A stretch of DNA of 64,000 nucleotides, from assembly GCA_023205875.1 (NCBI GenBank), contig CP060755.1, positions 868,001 to 932,000 of the forward strand. Direction: 5' to 3'. Position 1 is the stretch's first letter. Each line of letters starts with the position of its first letter. Shown here in pieces: positions 54,520-64,000 of this stretch. Origin of the DNA: Chloropicon primus (taxonomy: Eukaryota). Position numbers and translations under genes: made by a program. The notes below the pieces were generated by a model. The model was not told the origin of the DNA. It made no database searches and was given only the letters and a program-made list of their open reading frames with translations.

Positions 54520-55629
54520 TCAACTCACCAGCTTCACGCGAGGATTCTTCTTCAACAGGCCCAAGCATTCTTGCTCCAGCTGCCACGGGTGCCGCAGCCT
54601 CCAGTCGGAAAGGCCGTGCGTGTCGGTCTTGTTGTAATAGTGCTGACCTGCCCCGGCTTCGAAGCCGTAGATTGAGATCCGCGAGCACAAGTGCGCGGCC
54701 AGAGCCACGCCAATAAACCCGGTGGACATCTTGACCCTCTTCTCCTTGTGCACCCCGAGGCTTGGTGTGAACCCCGGCTTCGCGTTCCAGGAATTCAGCC
54801 AGTAGTACCTCGAGTAAGCAATGAATTGCGGGGACAAGGGCACGATCTTGCAGCTTTTGCTCGAAAGGTTTGAGAACTGCTTGGTCAAGCACAACTCCTT
54901 GCCTTCGGCGAACCCGGCTCGCTCCGGATTTTGTAGCCGCACTGTCGTTCTCTTGCCAACGAATTTCTCAAAGCCGGCCGTGGGAGCCTCGTTGAATCGT
55001 ATCACGGCGCTGTGGCCGTCGATCTCCTTGCCGCGCTCGTGCCTCAGCACACTTTCCGAGCTCCCGACCACGGCGCAGCTGGACCAGTCCAACCCCAGCT
55101 GGTCCAAGTCCTTGTCGAAAAGGTACTCGAGCTTCTCCTTGAACTTGCCTGTTCGTTCCAACACACGGATCCCGTACCTATTTCCCTTGTGAAGTATGAA
55201 GTGATGCAGATTCGCCGAGGCAAGAGGGCCGTCCCTGCTGCTCATCAGTCTTGCAAACCTAGCAGTGCTGTATCCGTTGCCGAGGAGGCCAACATCCCTT
55301 TCTCCTGCTCTCTTGACGTCCGCATAAGTGAAGAAGCTCATGGGTTGGAGGCACCACGATTTGTCTGCTGGCTTTCTGCACTGCGACGAGAGGAGGATCG
55401 AGCGGCACTGGCGATTCCCGCCCCTGCGCTGCCTGTGGCCTCGGGAACTTCTGGAGCTTCTGGCCTTGCCTCGCCTCAACCTCCTCGTCCCCCTCCTTCC
55501 GCTGGCGTCCACAGACACCAGCGCCGAGGCGACCAGGAGGAAAAGCATGAATGCCACCACCGTCACCGAGGGTGAGCGGCAACAGGACCGCCTTCTTGGA
55601 CCAGCCGTGCTGCACAACCTTTTGCTCAT
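54520..55629 (-). CDS. GT29 sialyltransferase-like type II membrane protein
   Basis: Sialylmotifs L (CAVVGSS...IDGHSAVIRFNEAP...VGKRTT), S (STGF...CSRISIYGF), III (HYY) and VS (HPWQLE). Confidence 0.88.
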   Translation of the reverse strand: MSKRLCSTAGPRRRSCCRSPSVTVVAFMLFLLVASALVSVDASGRRGTRRLRRGKARSSRSSRGHRQRRGGNRQCRSILLSSQCRKPADKSWCLQPMSFFTYADVKRAGERDVGLLGNGYSTARFARLMSSRDGPLASANLHHFILHKGNRYGIRVLERTGKFKEKLEYLFDKDLDQLGLDWSSCAVVGSSESVLRHERGKEIDGHSAVIRFNEAPTAGFEKFVGKRTTVRLQNPERAGFAEGKELCLTKQFSNLSSKSCKIVPLSPQFIAYSRYYWLNSWNAKPGFTPSLGVHKEKRVKMSTGFIGVALAAHLCSRISIYGFEAGAGQHYYNKTDTHGLSDWRLRHPWQLEQECLGLLKKNPRVKLVS

Positions 55630-56127
55630 CCCATCTGAAACTCCACCTGCCCCCTGGCCCCAAGCTGAAAATCCATGCTCATCTCCCCAACAGAGCGTCA
55701 ATCGGGTCGATCTTGGTACCAATCGAAAGCCCGCGAGACGTATTTTCACTCCGTTCCTCCCCCTTCCTCAGGCAGGCGTCGTTTTCGTCCTCAAGCCACG
55801 CAAGGAGTGCGGGTATCCTCGAGAATCTCCATGCTAGGGGAGGTGTTCGCGGTATTTTCGTATTTTTGTATTTTCGCGGGAAAGGACCAAGGTGGACTGA
55901 GCGCAACCAAGACGAGGATCTTGGAGACGAAACGTGCGCGAGGGACGCCCCCCGGACATCAAGGAGGCTTGTCTCGGCCAAGAAAAGCAACACACATATC
56001 TTGCCTCGTGACCGCCGCCGTCCTTGTGCCGACGAAAACAAAAGTCAAGACTTTTGAGAGAGAGACAGAGTTTGTCTGTGTTTTGTCGTCTGTTTGTTTT
56101 GGTCTTCAAGTGGTGGCTGTGTCAGAT

Positions 56128-56849
56128 ATGGCGGAACGGGGTGAAGAGCCGGTGGCTTTCTCCGTTGTGGTGAACGGGCAGATCGAACTAGCGGAGGTGA
56201 GCAACCCAAACCCAAACACCCTTTCCTTTGTTGTCTTGCCAGGAGCAGAGCGTGACGACTGACGAAGTCTCTTGTCTTGTGGTTTCTTTTCCTCGCCGAT
56301 ATCGTCTGTTCGCCGCAGATACAAGGAAGCCGAAGTGGGTACTGCAAGTTCTTGGTGACTCACGGGGAAGACTGGCAGGTTCTTGATGGGCTCGAGGAGG
56401 GCGTGACGCACCTATCGAAGAGGTCGCCGGGGGTTGACACGAGCTTCGTATGGAACTTCCCCATCAATGTGGCGTACAGAAGCACGAATATTTTCGGCTG
56501 GCCACAGATCGTGCTCAGTGTGTACGACGTGGACAACCTTGGAAGGGACGTCGTCTTGGGGTACGGCTCGGTTCACATCCCAACCGCCCCTGGGACCTAC
56601 AACCTCAAGGTCCGATTGTACAAGCCCCTCGCCTCGTCAATGCTGCAACACCTGACCTCGTGGATAAGCAAAGTGCAGCCCGAGTTCGTGGACCCAAAGT
56701 TTCCGACCCAGACCGAGGGGAGGGAGGTGGTCAGAGCGCAGTCCTCCGGGCACGCTATAGTGACCGTCAACGTGATGACGAGGAACATGGAGCACTTTGG
56801 CTACAACCTTGGAAAGTCGCAGGCCTCCGACGGCCTCATCCTTGTATAA
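56128..56849 (+). CDS. B9D1: B9 domain transition-zone protein (intron 56197-56318)
   Basis: VNGQIE, GEDWQVLDGLEEGVT, VWNFPI...STNIFGWPQIVLSVY and EGREVVR motifs. Confidence 0.92.
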
Positions 56850-56980
56850 CAACACTTGCTGCTGAGGTGAAAGCATGAAAGGCTGAGAAGAAGAGTAAAA
56901 TACACCAGCAAATAATACACAGCATTCTTATGTCCCCGCGAACTCCAACTTTGCAGCGCTGAGAATCCCAAGATAATACT

Positions 56981-58390
56981 TCAAATGTCGACCTCTCCCA
57001 GGAAGACCTTCTTGTCCGTCGAGCAGGAGCCTATGATCTTCTCCTTGGGGTGGAACACGGCCTCGTTCACCGACCCTTGGTGCCCGGGCAGCTTGTAGAG
57101 CAAGTTGCCCGTGTTCACGTCCCAGATATTGACCAAAGCATCCGCGCTTCCGCAGCTGACTCTCTGGTCGTCCATTGACCAGGAGCACTTCAGAAGGTTC
57201 ATCTCAAAGTTGTGCGAGTGCCCCGTGAGAACCCTCGTGCACCTCTCTTGGGGGGCGTAAGGCCTCACGTCCCAGACCCTGAGGGTGTTGTCCATCGCGT
57301 TCGTCAGCAAGAAATTCCCGTCGTTGCTCAGGCTCATGCCAGTGATGGTGTCCCCGTGGCCTTTCAGCGTGTACAGGACCTTGGACTTGCGCATGTCCCA
57401 GACCTTGACGACGTTGTCGATCCCCCCCGTGAACACGAGGTCGGCGTGGTCAGAGAAGGCCACCGAAGTCACCTGGAACTTGTCCTGAAGCGTGCGGCTG
57501 GACTTCTTCCACCTCTGGTCCCAAATCTTGCAGGTGCCGTCATCAGATCCGCTGAGGAAAAGCTGAGGGTTTCCCCTCCTCGCAGGGCAGCACGAGTTCA
57601 CGAAACCCTTATGCTCCGCCCACTTCTTCACTTGCACGCCCTGCCAGGCGTCCCAGACCCTGAAAGTCTTGTCCGGGGAAGCAGAGCACAGGTAGTCCCC
57701 ATCGCTGGTCCAGTGCAGATCAAGCACCGCGTTCTTGTGGCCCTTGAGCACAGAGAAGTTCCTGCAATCGTCCTTGGTGCTCCAAAGGAAGATTTGCTTG
57801 TCCATGGAACCGGTGGCGAAGCACGACCCGTCCGGGGAAAACTTCATGGCGAATATCTCCGAGGCGTGGCCCTCGCACAACATGATCGGAGCCGCGAGGC
57901 TGGAGAGGCGCCGAACCCCGTTGGCGTCGACTCTCACCATCGACATCGCCGAGGCCTTGTACTCCTCCGCCAAAGTCTTCTGCCTCTTCACGACAACAAG
58001 CTGCGTGCCGGCGCCGACCTTTGCCGCGGCGTCCCCCATGGTCTGCTCCGCGGCCGCGCCCGTCGCTACCTTTTCCTTCTCGCCCGCTTTCTCCGGCTCC
58101 TCCTCCCGCCCCCTCTTCAGGGTCGGATTCGACTTCCCCTCCGCCGCGGCCGCTTCATCCTTGCCACCCTTGGTTTCCTTGACCGCCCCCGCCGCGGCTG
58201 GCTCCGGCTGAGGCTCCGGATCAGGCACCGGACCCCCCGACGCCTCCTTCTCCCCCTCGACCAAGGCCTCCTTGAGCCTCTTCACCAACGCAGCTTTCAA
58301 GCCTTTCGTGTCCAACCCCCTCCTCTTCAGCTCCTCGCGAAGGTCCACGACTCTCAGCTTCTTCACCTCCTCCACCGTCAGTGACCCCAT
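56981..58390 (-). CDS. SNRNP40: U5 snRNP 40-kDa WD40 protein with N-terminal SAP domain
   Basis: SSLAAPIML, LKGHKNAVLDLHW, WDVRPYAPQERC and LYKLPGHQGSVNE motifs; SAP KLRVVDLREELKRRGLDTKGLKAALVKRL. Confidence 0.93.
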   Translation of the reverse strand: MGSLTVEEVKKLRVVDLREELKRRGLDTKGLKAALVKRLKEALVEGEKEASGGPVPDPEPQPEPAAAGAVKETKGGKDEAAAAEGKSNPTLKRGREEEPEKAGEKEKVATGAAAEQTMGDAAAKVGAGTQLVVVKRQKTLAEEYKASAMSMVRVDANGVRRLSSLAAPIMLCEGHASEIFAMKFSPDGSCFATGSMDKQIFLWSTKDDCRNFSVLKGHKNAVLDLHWTSDGDYLCSASPDKTFRVWDAWQGVQVKKWAEHKGFVNSCCPARRGNPQLFLSGSDDGTCKIWDQRWKKSSRTLQDKFQVTSVAFSDHADLVFTGGIDNVVKVWDMRKSKVLYTLKGHGDTITGMSLSNDGNFLLTNAMDNTLRVWDVRPYAPQERCTRVLTGHSHNFEMNLLKCSWSMDDQRVSCGSADALVNIWDVNTGNLLYKLPGHQGSVNEAVFHPKEKIIGSCSTDKKVFLGEVDI

Positions 58391-58704
58391 TGCTGCCCCT
58401 TCCCGACTCCAGACGCAAGCAAGCCACCCCTCCTCTTGCACCCCCCCCACCCCAAGGCCAGGGACAGGACTCCTCCCTCTCTCCTGGACCCTCCAGGGAT
58501 CCTCACGAAGTTTCCGACGGCACGATCGAAAGCCCTCGAGACAATCTTTCAATCTATCTGCTCTCCCTCTCGCCTTACCTCCTCTACCCTCCTCGTGCCC
58601 TCCCTCCAAGGCCGCTCCCCTCTCAAGCTTCTCCGCCGCCCACTTCTTCGCTTCTCTCTTCTCTTCCCTCCCTCGCCGTACACCCATTTTGAGACGTGTA
58701 CGTT

Positions 58705-58787
58705 GGTCGGAGGACGTTGACTGCTCGAGGGAGATTGTCCTAGGGATCAGATTACCAGGAGTGGGACCGAGGCCAAGGGACTTGGAC

Positions 58788-58818
<31 letters not shown>

Positions 58819-59099
58819 AAAGGTGAAACCTTGCTGGGGTTGTGTTGGGGCGTGTATTTGAAGGAAACGCACGGGGGAGGCTGAGAGGGCACCAAGGGTC
58901 GGAGGACGTTGACTGCTCGAGGGAGATTGTCCTAGGGATCAGAGTACCAGGAGTGGGACCGAGGCCAAGGGACTTGGACCGAGGACGAGGACGGGGACGA
59001 GGACGAGGACGGGGACAAAGGTGAAACCTTACTGGGGTTGTGTTGGGGCGCGTATTTGAAGGAAACGCACGGGGGAGGCTGAGAGGGCACCAAGGGTCG
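58705..59099. repeat. Tandem duplication, units of 192 and 198 bp
   Basis: GGTCG restarts at 58705, 58897 and 59095; units differ by a few SNPs and one extra 6-nt GAGGAC-type unit. Confidence 0.93.
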
Positions 59100-59195
59100 C
59101 ATCAGTCTGCTGTGGGGAGTGAGGTGGTGCTTGGTCGAGGAGACACACACACACAAACACACAAACAGAGGGAGAGAGGGAGGGAGACGGCAGAG

Positions 59196-59558
59196 ATGGA
59201 GAGGGTGTGGGATGAGTGGGTACGGAAGGAGTTTGTGCACACGATGAGGGCGAAGGGGAAGTGGGAGGCCCCGAAAACGCTCGCGAGTGAGGCCAAGCAA
59301 AAGGAGCTGAGCGGAAGTATGCGGATCTTTTGTAGCGAGGAGGACAACCCCGCGATGAAGGCCAAGCCCGAGAAGAAGCAGTCGAGGAAGAGGCACCCCA
59401 AGGAGAGGCACGCGGTAAAGCAGCGCCTCCTCGCGGTGATGAAGGAAATAGACAACGAGAGACAGCTGACCAAGGACCTCACGCACGAGTACCGAGAGTC
59501 CCTCTTGCAGAACATGAAGGACATGAATCAGGAGCTGGAACTCGAAGCTTCCGCCTAG
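59196..59558 (+). CDS. Small charged hypothetical protein, 120 aa
   Basis: ATG-initiated ORF with host-like codon usage. Confidence 0.55.
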   Translation: MERVWDEWVRKEFVHTMRAKGKWEAPKTLASEAKQKELSGSMRIFCSEEDNPAMKAKPEKKQSRKRHPKERHAVKQRLLAVMKEIDNERQLTKDLTHEYRESLLQNMKDMNQELELEASA

Positions 59559-59729
59559 GACGTTGGAATCTCTCTCTCTCTCTCTTGACCGCTCTGAAAC
59601 TTCTGCTGGAGGAATATAGGTGCAAAATGTATACTTGTAGATTACAAAGCTAGCGGAGAAGCGGGTAAAAACGATTGATTGCTTGTACACATGTAACTTC
59701 CAAATAGTGTTTTGTTCTTGTTTTCTCCC

Positions 59730-62700
59730 TCACATGAACGTCTCGTCACACCACTCCCTGGCGTTCTGGAAGAGCTTGAGCCACGGGGAAGGCATGTTGT
59801 GGCTCAAGATCGAGTCGGAGGGGTACCAAGGCAGCTGCCAGTTGAGGAAGCACCTCTCTGGATGGGGCATCAGAGCCAAGTGGCGACCGTCTGGAGAGCA
59901 GATGGAGGCAATGCCCTCGGGGGACCCGTTAGGGTTGCTTGGGTACGACTCTGACACCAGGCCGTCGTCATCGCAGTACCTGATGGGGAAGCAGCCCCCT
60001 TCCTCCAGCTTCTCCTTCAAGGACGCGTCCGGGAAGTGGGCACGGCCCTCGCCGTGAGCCACCCAGATTCCCATGGTGAGCCCTTCCATTCCCTTGAGCA
60101 TGACCGCTGGAGAGTCCTTGATGGTCACGTTCGACCACCTCGACTCGAAGCGACCGGAAACGTTGTGCACGAACCTCGGCTGCTCGTTCTCAGCGAGATG
60201 GTCGCCATAAGTTTCGCCTCCTGGGACCCAGCCCAACAGAGCCATGAGCTGACACCCGTTGCATACTCCCAAGCTGAAAGTGTCTGGCCTCTCGTAGAAC
60301 CTCTTGAACTCGTCTTGCAGAGCCTTGTTGAAACGAATGCCTCCCGCCCATCCCTTGGCAGAGTCCAAAACGTCCGCGTAACTGAAGCCTCCCACAAAAG
60401 CAATGCCTCTGAACGATTCGAGGGAGGCCTTGCCGCTGAGCATGTCAGACATGGAAATGTCCCAGGCTTCAAAGCCAGCCGCGTGGAAAGCCGCTGCCAT
60501 CTCTCGGTCACCGTTGCTTCCTTCTTCCCTTATGATTGCAACCTTGTGCTTTGCCTGAGCTTTCATGACGCTGCCGCGGGTCAATTCAGGGGTGTAAGGA
60601 ATGTTCCAAAGAGGCGCTTTGCGGACAGACAGCGAAGCGGCTTCGTTCTCGACACAGACGTCCGCGCACTGGAGCTTCTCAAGCTCGAACGCACTCTGCT
60701 CCCACACGTCTCTCAGGGACTGGACCGTGGACTTCACCACGTCCTCGCCGTTGACAGAGATATTGATTCCATTGCTTGCCGAGGTTCTTCCGACCACTTC
60801 ACAGCAAATGTCCTTCGAGCCAAAGAGAGACATGATGTCAGCCTGATCAGCTTCGCTTACTTCCAGAACGAAACCTGGCTCCTCTGCGAACAGGGCTTCT
60901 GTGGCGCTGAATTCTGTCAAGAAGTTGGCTTCCATGCCACAATTTCCCGCAAAGGCCATCTCCAGGAGGGTGGTGACCAACCCGCCGTCGCTGATGTCAT
61001 GGCCAGCCGAGATTTTTCCAGCGTAAATCAAGCTCTGGACGATCTCAAACGCAAGCCTCAGCTCCCCCATGTTGTCAACATCAGGGACGGCGTCGCCCAA
61101 AGAATCGTTGACTTGGGCGTAAGCAGATCCTCCCAAACGGCGCTTGCCGTGAGCCAAATCAACGTGAAGGAGAACCCCATCCTTCTGGCGCTTGAGGTCT
61201 GGGGTGACGACCTTTGTGATGTCAGAGCACGTGCAGTACGCGCTGACCACAAGGTTGCCCGGTGCCTTGACGACTTCTCCGCCAGCAGAAGCAGCCATGG
61301 ACAGGCTATCCTTCCCTCCGTCGCACGCAATGCCAAGAGAGATCATTGAATCCCTGAGAGCAACTGCGGCATCATACATCGCTGCGCCTTCGCCGTCCAT
61401 CTTGGCGGCATACATCCAGTTCACGGACGATTTGATGTCCTCGATAGACGTGAGGGGCGCCCACATGATGTTGGTCACGGCTTCGGCAACCGCAAGCCGG
61501 GCCATGGCTGACGGGTTCAACATGCCTTTCAGAGGCTGCTCGCCGATGGAGCACGCACCTCCAGTGACGTCCTCGAACGTTTGTGCCACGACGGCAACGT
61601 CCGCAAGTGGCAACTGCAATGGCCCCACACACTGCTGCTGGGCCACCAGGCCAGAGACAGATCTGTCCACTTTGGTGGTCAAAAACCTTTTGGAGCAAAC
61701 GCTTGGCAACCTCAGCACTCTGTGCAAGGCCTCGGTGAAGGGCATGGCACCTGAGTCAAGAGGAGTGGTCTGGATTTGGTCCCTCACCAGGTCGTACTTC
61801 TTCCTGGGCATCTTTCCAAGAACCTTGTCCAAGTCCAGGTCTTCTGGGATCACATCTCCTGGCGCAGCATTCCTGTCCTTGAGGACAATTTTGCCGTCTC
61901 CCTTGATGACGCCAATGAAGGACACCAGGCACCTCTCCCTCTCTGCGATCTTCTCCAGCAGGGCTCTGCTCTCCGGCTTGATGAGCAGGCAGTCGTTCTC
62001 TTGATACTCGGCCCCCCAGATCTCCAATACAGACATCGTCTCGTCTCCGACCTTGATCTCTCTAATATCGATCTCCGCGCCCAGCGGGTAGATGATCTCC
62101 TTGACGCAGTTGCAGTTTCCGCCAGCGCCTTGGTCGTGGATGCTCACGATGGGGTTCTTCTCTCCCATCTCGACACAGGCTTTCGCAACCCTGTACAGCT
62201 TCTGGGCAAATTCACCGTCGCCCCTTTGGACGGCGTTGAAATCCAGCTCTGCTTTGTTGGAGCCACTTGGCAGACTCGAGGCCGCACCACCGCCCATTCC
62301 GATTCTGTAGGCAGGGCCTCCGATCTTGACCACGAGCATTCCCACCTCAGGATCGCTCTTTTCGAGATGCTGGTGATTGATTTGCCCTATGCCCGCGCTG
62401 AACATGATGGGCTTCAGCCACTCCCTCCTCTCGCCGTTAGGAAGCCTCTGCCCGAAGGTACGGGTATACCCCTGGATCAGCGGCTCTCCAAATTTGTTGC
62501 CGTAGTCCGAGGCCCCGTTGCTGGCATCGATCAGAATCTGCAGCGGGGACGCCAGGCTCTCTGGATACGGCTGCTTGCCATCTTCCCACGGATGGAGGTC
62601 GTTGTCCATGTGCAAGTTGCCCACGCAGTACCCGGCCGTTCCAGCGGTCAACAGAGACCCGATGCCTGTGGCGTGCGTGTCCCTCATCCTGCCGCCGGCA

Positions 62701-63992
62701 CCCGTCTCAGCCCCGGGGTAGGGGGCCACGGCACAGGGGAAGTTGTGCGTCTCCGCAGTGAAGAGAATGTCGTAATCCTTCTCCTGCACCTCCAGCGGGC
62801 TGGGCTCTCCCGGGTTGCTGGGCTCAAGCCTGTTGACCTTGAAGCCCTTGATGGCACTCGAGTTGTCCTTGAAAGCGATCACGCTGTTGCCGGGGTTTTC
62901 CTTCAGGGTGTCCTCGACGATGTCGAAAAGGCACTCGTCCTTTTTTTTTTCGTCGACGGTCAGATCCCCCTTGAAGAACCAGTGCCTGCTATGCTCGCTG
63001 TTGGACTGGCCCAAGTCGAAGAGCTCGACGTTCGTGGGGTTCCTCCCGACCTCGTTGCAGAACAAGTTCATGTAGTAGTCGATGTCCCAGTCGTCAAAGG
63101 CCAAGCCCATCTCCTCGTTGATGTCCTCCAAGGCCTTCCTCCCCTCCTCGATCACAGGGATGGAGAGCACGGGGGCGGGGACCACGTCGCTCTCGAAGCT
63201 CTCCAGGGGCCTCTCGTAGACCTGCTCGGTCATCCTGTCGTGGACGAGCTCCGCGAACTTCTCCCTCTCCTCCGCGGTCAGGCCGGAGGCCCTTCTGTCG
63301 GAGAAGGTGAGCCTGAACCTGCTGGACCTCTCCGTCCTGCCAATGTTCTCCTCCAAGCCGCAGGACTTGAAAATGGACACGGCGTTCGAGCACCACGCCG
63401 TGCTGAAGCTCATGCGAGGCCCGACCTCCACAACGCTCCCCCCGTCGGCGCCGAAGGCGCTCTGGTGGGTCAGCCTGTCCAGCTCAAACGTCTCGCCCAG
63501 CAGCCACAGCACCGTCTCGCTCGCGCCGCGATCCAGGGCCTTCCTCACCTCCAGGTTGAAGCAGGCCTCGGCCTCGATCGACTCGATCGACGGGGAGACC
63601 TCCGCACGCGCCTTGGCGAGGAGCGTCTTGAGCGCCTCCCCCGACAGCAGCGGAGTTCGATACAGCTGGAACACCCTGCCAGCTGGAGCCGAGATCAGAG
63701 CGTCCAAAGTGGCCGGCGCGACGCCCGACCTGCCCTCCGTGCCGAACGACACCGCCCGGGTGGCGACCTCGCGGGGATCGGGAGGACCGGAGGGCCGAGG
63801 GCCCCCTTGACCGCCGCCGTTCACGACAACACTCCTGCTGCTCAACGACGACGACGATGATCTGGCCTCATGGACCCCGTGGGGGTGATTCGACTTCCTC
63901 GCGATGCGCCTCAAAGCCACGCGGCGGGACGACAGGGAAGACAAGCTGCCCTCCCGTCTCAAACCGACCCTTGCTCCTCTTCTCGCCACCAT
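59730..63992 (-). CDS. purL: Phosphoribosylformylglycinamidine synthase with organellar transit peptide
   Basis: QSNSEHSRHWFF, AETHNFP, IHDQGAGGN, DGGKDSLSM, LGVCNGCQ and LMPHPER motifs. Confidence 0.98.
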   Translation of the reverse strand: MVARRGARVGLRREGSLSSLSSRRVALRRIARKSNHPHGVHEARSSSSSLSSRSVVVNGGGQGGPRPSGPPDPREVATRAVSFGTEGRSGVAPATLDALISAPAGRVFQLYRTPLLSGEALKTLLAKARAEVSPSIESIEAEACFNLEVRKALDRGASETVLWLLGETFELDRLTHQSAFGADGGSVVEVGPRMSFSTAWCSNAVSIFKSCGLEENIGRTERSSRFRLTFSDRRASGLTAEEREKFAELVHDRMTEQVYERPLESFESDVVPAPVLSIPVIEEGRKALEDINEEMGLAFDDWDIDYYMNLFCNEVGRNPTNVELFDLGQSNSEHSRHWFFKGDLTVDEKKKDECLFDIVEDTLKENPGNSVIAFKDNSSAIKGFKVNRLEPSNPGEPSPLEVQEKDYDILFTAETHNFPCAVAPYPGAETGAGGRMRDTHATGIGSLLTAGTAGYCVGNLHMDNDLHPWEDGKQPYPESLASPLQILIDASNGASDYGNKFGEPLIQGYTRTFGQRLPNGERREWLKPIMFSAGIGQINHQHLEKSDPEVGMLVVKIGGPAYRIGMGGGAASSLPSGSNKAELDFNAVQRGDGEFAQKLYRVAKACVEMGEKNPIVSIHDQGAGGNCNCVKEIIYPLGAEIDIREIKVGDETMSVLEIWGAEYQENDCLLIKPESRALLEKIAERERCLVSFIGVIKGDGKIVLKDRNAAPGDVIPEDLDLDKVLGKMPRKKYDLVRDQIQTTPLDSGAMPFTEALHRVLRLPSVCSKRFLTTKVDRSVSGLVAQQQCVGPLQLPLADVAVVAQTFEDVTGGACSIGEQPLKGMLNPSAMARLAVAEAVTNIMWAPLTSIEDIKSSVNWMYAAKMDGEGAAMYDAAVALRDSMISLGIACDGGKDSLSMAASAGGEVVKAPGNLVVSAYCTCSDITKVVTPDLKRQKDGVLLHVDLAHGKRRLGGSAYAQVNDSLGDAVPDVDNMGELRLAFEIVQSLIYAGKISAGHDISDGGLVTTLLEMAFAGNCGMEANFLTEFSATEALFAEEPGFVLEVSEADQADIMSLFGSKDICCEVVGRTSASNGINISVNGEDVVKSTVQSLRDVWEQSAFELEKLQCADVCVENEAASLSVRKAPLWNIPYTPELTRGSVMKAQAKHKVAIIREEGSNGDREMAAAFHAAGFEAWDISMSDMLSGKASLESFRGIAFVGGFSYADVLDSAKGWAGGIRFNKALQDEFKRFYERPDTFSLGVCNGCQLMALLGWVPGGETYGDHLAENEQPRFVHNVSGRFESRWSNVTIKDSPAVMLKGMEGLTMGIWVAHGEGRAHFPDASLKEKLEEGGCFPIRYCDDDGLVSESYPSNPNGSPEGIASICSPDGRHLALMPHPERCFLNWQLPWYPSDSILSHNMPSPWLKLFQNAREWCDETFM

Positions 63993-64000
63993 CTCTTGTT

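Noticed and set aside
58705..59099. LTR or transposon ends
   Set aside because: Units are directly adjacent, with no TG..CA termini, terminal inverted repeats or transposase

Overview
Gene-dense, GC-rich eukaryotic nuclear DNA with short GT-AG introns, most consistent with a compact-genome green picoalga (Chloropicon-like by inference only). It holds about 35 protein genes (housekeeping, plastid/peroxisome, cell-cycle, and ciliary genes BBS5, B9D1 and ARMH1) plus two intron-containing tRNA-Thr genes. The standout is a rearranged accessory zone at about 19.7-29.1 kb. RPC34 runs without a stop codon into an F-box-like + ankyrin gene. Its 14 x 87-bp repeats have near-identical DNA scaffolds and three short hypervariable blocks that recur in new combinations, suggesting a diversifying receptor. 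A second F-box copy is split in two by an intronless ferric-reductase CDS. A frameshifted duplicate of the RPC34 3' end follows. Just after the second tRNA lie an RPA1 fragment and an ankyrin remnant. All family assignments are from motif recognition; no searches were run.
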